A stretch of DNA of 64,000 nt, taken from Fistulifera solaris. Its lineage: Eukaryota. The DNA is taken from assembly GCA_030295235.1 (NCBI GenBank), contig AP026126.1:372001-436000 (forward strand), written 5' to 3'. The stretch's first letter is position 1; every line of letters begins with the position of its first letter. Shown piece after piece: positions 60,206-64,000 of this stretch. Position numbers and translations under genes: made by a program. The notes under the pieces are model-generated. The model had not been told where the DNA came from, searched no databases, and saw only the letters and a list, made by a program, of their open reading frames with translations.

Positions 60206-61093
60206 TTGTAGTCTCGCTCATAGTCATGGTTAAAACGGAGTCCTGTGTCCTGTGATGTGAGATCTGCATCATGCATGAAGAATCATAAACGTCATCTGGG
60301 ATCTGGGATCATGGTTTATTGTTGGACGTGGGACTGTTTGATTTGATCGAAGACTCAACTTTAGCAAAGACTTACGGAAAAGGTACCGGGTAGTCAGCTT
60401 GCTCAATTGCTGGTGAGATAAATGGAAACAAGCAATAAAAAGTGGATAAGGCTGAACATTGTCAATTGTTGCTTCGAATAGAATTAGAGTAACCACTGAT
60501 AGACGGTTTCATAACTGTCAAATAACCTGTCAAGTTGTCTTTCTTCGCTACATCTTACGTCGTATCTGGCATGTGTTGTAACTTTGTGCGCAAGTCACGA
60601 GCGAAGTAGACATAAAATGGTGAGACTAATCATTCAATAGCCATTAGTTTAGGATTTTTTAGTCTAGCTACCTGGTACTCACTTCTCGGGTCTGCGGATT
60701 GATGCTATGTGAAAGCGATCTGTCCTTTTGTCCGTCAAGGGAAACGTATGTCGTACGTCGTCGGCTGTCGTCTGTCGTCTGTTCATTTCACCGCCTTGCC
60801 TGTGCCCTCTGATTCCGGATTCTATGCGCTGCGACATGTCCAGCGTTATTAGTATAGAATAAAAAGTTGACGGTAATACCGCATCCTGGACCGTGACCGT
60901 GGGGTTGGAGTGGATCGTGCCTGTCGCCTTTTTCGTCCTCGCGTGTGATGAGTGAGTCTCGTGTGCGTCTTTTTGTTGCATGGCAATTTCAGCATCGGGC
61001 CGCATTGACAAGAAATGCCATCGGGTATGCTGTGTTGCTAGTCTCCTACTCAACCCTTCTCAAGCTTGACAAGTTTTTAAGATCCTGGAAACC

Positions 61094-64000
61094 ATGAGTT
61101 CTCGAGAGGGAGCCGAAGAGCTGAAGAAGACGACCAAGCTTTCGCAAATGCAATCCGAGCTTGGTCGTCGTTTGGTGGAGTATTTCGTCATTGTGTCCAG
61201 TATTGAAAGGAAGCCTGATGCCAAAATTGATAAGAACAATTCCAATGATTTATCGTTCTCGGATTGGAGAACGGAAAGCACGGAGGATGAGTTCGCTAGT
61301 GTGCAATTTCGGCCTACCGTGACCGCACGCTATCCTTTGTTCGATCATCACGATAATCCTTTGCATGAGAACTTGACGTTCTTTTGCCACCCCTCCGGAA
61401 GTATTCAAGTTGAAAAGGAAGAAAAGATGCCGAAGGTAAGGCTGTTCTATCCTTTATTTCTGTAAATTTGCGGGCGTGATCTGACTTGAGCGTTTCAGGT
61501 TCATTATTTTGTGGCTACTGGTGGCAAGGGACAGCAAGTATACGGAACCTGCTTGACCCTTTGGGAGGAATATAAACTAAAGCAAAAGCTTAAGAACGGT
61601 GCTACGAAAGAATCTCGGGTCTATATTCCAAAATGTGTCGTTCTTTTGTCGACTTATCCCTACCTCGCTGCCTTTCGGGAGTACTTGACCCAGCTCGAAC
61701 GTCTTTCAAAGGCAGGAGAAATGACGGTTCCGATTGAGCGTTACATCACTAACTTTTGTTCCGAAGTACCAGCTCCGCCTCCTGGTTCTTTTGAAGTACA
61801 AACGACAATGGGAGACTCGGTGATAAAAATTTGGTCTCCGCCGAACAACGTGCCGATCGCATGGGTATCATTGCCATTCTCATACCTATTCGAATGTCTG
61901 GATGTCGAAAATGTCATTTTGGTATGGCACTGCTTGGTCTTGGAACGACAAGTATTGATCACCTCGACACAACATTCTCTCTTGACGATAGCTTCGGAGA
62001 TTTTCTTGTCGCTGCTTTTTCCTATGCGTTGGTCGCACGCTTATATTCCCGTTTTACCGCATTTTCTGATTCCCATCTTGTCGGCACCCATGCCGTTTTT
62101 GTGTGGCATCCACAAAGCGAATTTAGCGGATGCACTTTTCGATCTGAGTCGAGATTGTGTCTTGGTCGATTTGGACCGAAACATTGTAACGCTTGGTCCG
62201 GACACGGCTCCGCTGCCTCCGCTTCCTCCTGTTCAGGCGGAAACTTTACGCAGGGAGCTTGATCAGAATGTTGGCATGATATTTCGCGAAGCGCGTTCTT
62301 TGCGCAAGACGGATGATTACTCCGAAAATGGCCTCCACTTACCAAATCATGTAAAATTGATGGCTGAGGATATGTGGGAAGCCAAGCTTTCCCTATTTGA
62401 CGAAGCTTTCAACCTCGTCTTCACGCCCGATCAGATTCGCAAGAATATTTTGAACGGCAACGATGCATCAGGACTGGATATCTCCGAAAGCGATCGCATC
62501 AATCTGGGCATTGATAAGCAGCAGCTAAAACGAAAGCAGTCCGTATGGGATGCTGTACAGGAGGCATTCCTCGACACGCATGTCTACTTGCTACGAAATT
62601 ACAGAAAGTACCTTGTTTTTCCGTCCAAGCACAACGAAGGATCGTACGGTGGAGCCGGCTTTCGTTCCAAGGAGTTCATCGAAAATCAGCGTTATGATAT
62701 GCGAGAGTTTTTGAACCAGTTCATCGGCACTCAGATGTTTGATAACTTTATAACCAAGAGACTCTATGGAAGTGGCGAGGCGGATGTTGCTTTCTTTGAT
62801 ATGGCCGTCGATCGATTCTTGAAGAATGCAGGTATTTTCTCGGATGTTGACATCCGCAGCCGCATATCAAGTAGCCTTAGGAGAAATATTGGTAAAGATG
62901 AACCCCTCATTCAGAGCTCTCGTGTCCATCGCAAGCTGAAAACAATTGTGCCACCTGAGCCTTCCTCGGAAGGCCTACATCACCGGGTCAAGCAACAGAT
63001 GACGGTTCTGAACCAAATGACGATGGAAGTGTTCAATCATCCGGTAGTAATCGAAAGGAGAAAACAATGTCGGCACTGACGCGAATTCAGGAAAAGGCTG
63101 CCGAGATTTATGAACGTAAGAAGCTGCCGAAATATACTTACGATACCTTTCCGTCCGAGTTAAAGGAAGATCTTTTCGGAGAACCTCGTCCATTGCCAGC
63201 AGCAGTAATTGCAGAATTCGACCGTCAGCGGAAGGATGCCGCCCGGTTCAAGCGAAAAGGTGCTAAAACTCCGAAAGACGCAAAACAGCACATTCATCGA
63301 GCTCATGCAACCGTAGATCCGATAGTCCCTCCTTCGCCAGAAGAAGCGACTTTTACGGTTTTTTTTCATGGCGTTCACTGCCCTTGCGGGCAAAGAGTTG
63401 GTGGAAATAGCCAGCAAGAAGGAATCCAACGACCGCACCATTTTGTCAACTTATGTATCCACTACTTCAGCAACGGATGACGAGACAGTAGCAACCGATA
63501 GCGACGCAGGAGATAGTGAGATTGATAAGGTCGATGAGAAGGAGAAAGAAGCTGTCGCTGAAATGAAAACATCCCGGCCAAATATGGGCGGTATGTTCGG
63601 AGACGATGAGGACGAGAATACTCCTCAAAATGCTGTTGTTTCTGACGATGATGAGAGTGCAGATGAAAAAGGCAAGGACGAATCCAAAGAATCCGATAAC
63701 GAAGATGATACTTTCCAGACTGCACCAGACCAAGAAAACGGCACGGAAAGTCCAACCAGCACTGTAGTCACAACTGAAACGCAGCCAAAACAACGATTCC
63801 GTGACAAGCTGTCTGATCTTGAAATCGAAGAAGCAAAAGCGGCCGGTCGTGGCTTGTTAAGAATTGCTTTTGAAATGCTGACAATGATGAAACGACGAGG
63901 ACTGAAGGCTGACCCCGAAGCATATCAGTGCTTGATTGATGCTTGCGGCCGAGTTGGAGACACAAAGAGAGCAACAGAGTTGCTCGGGAAAATGCATGAA
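61094..64000 (+). CDS. DENN-domain Rab GEF with PPR-like repeat (DENND4-like), truncated at the window end
   Basis: RLVEYFVIV, ARYP..FFCHP, YGTCLT, PKCVVLLS, LERQVL, YIPVLP..LSAPMPFLCGI, TQMFDNFI; C-terminal YQCLIDACGRVG; intron 61436-61498; frameshifts near 62980 and 63360. Confidence 0.88.

Overview
Gene-dense eukaryotic nuclear DNA with short GT-AG introns (about 65-100 nt), short intergenic spacers and signal-peptide plus Phe (ASAFAP-like) plastid leaders. This pattern points to a diatom or similar stramenopile (inference). About 33 protein-coding genes can be supported, with no rRNA, tRNA, CRISPR or recognisable transposase. Many genes are split by single-base frameshifts, mostly at homopolymers, which looks like assembly error. 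The strongest candidates for new biology are: (1) a compact, intronless cellular RNA-dependent RNA polymerase (DLDGD) with a tandemly duplicated N-terminal KOW module, an in-frame TAG in the first copy and GGTACC-rich flanks; (2) an NELF-B/COBRA1-like domain apparently fused to a bromodomain; (3) a GT41 (OGT/SPINDLY-family) glycosyltransferase with an N-terminal hydrophobic leader and C-terminal KDEL; (4) a CinA/PncC-NudC fusion with a GC-AG intron; (5) a TMEM65-GAF fusion; (6) an F-box-like/Tubby protein; and (7) a recurrent palindromic GGTACC/ACCGGT motif in intergenic DNA. All family assignments come from motif recognition by eye; no database search was run.
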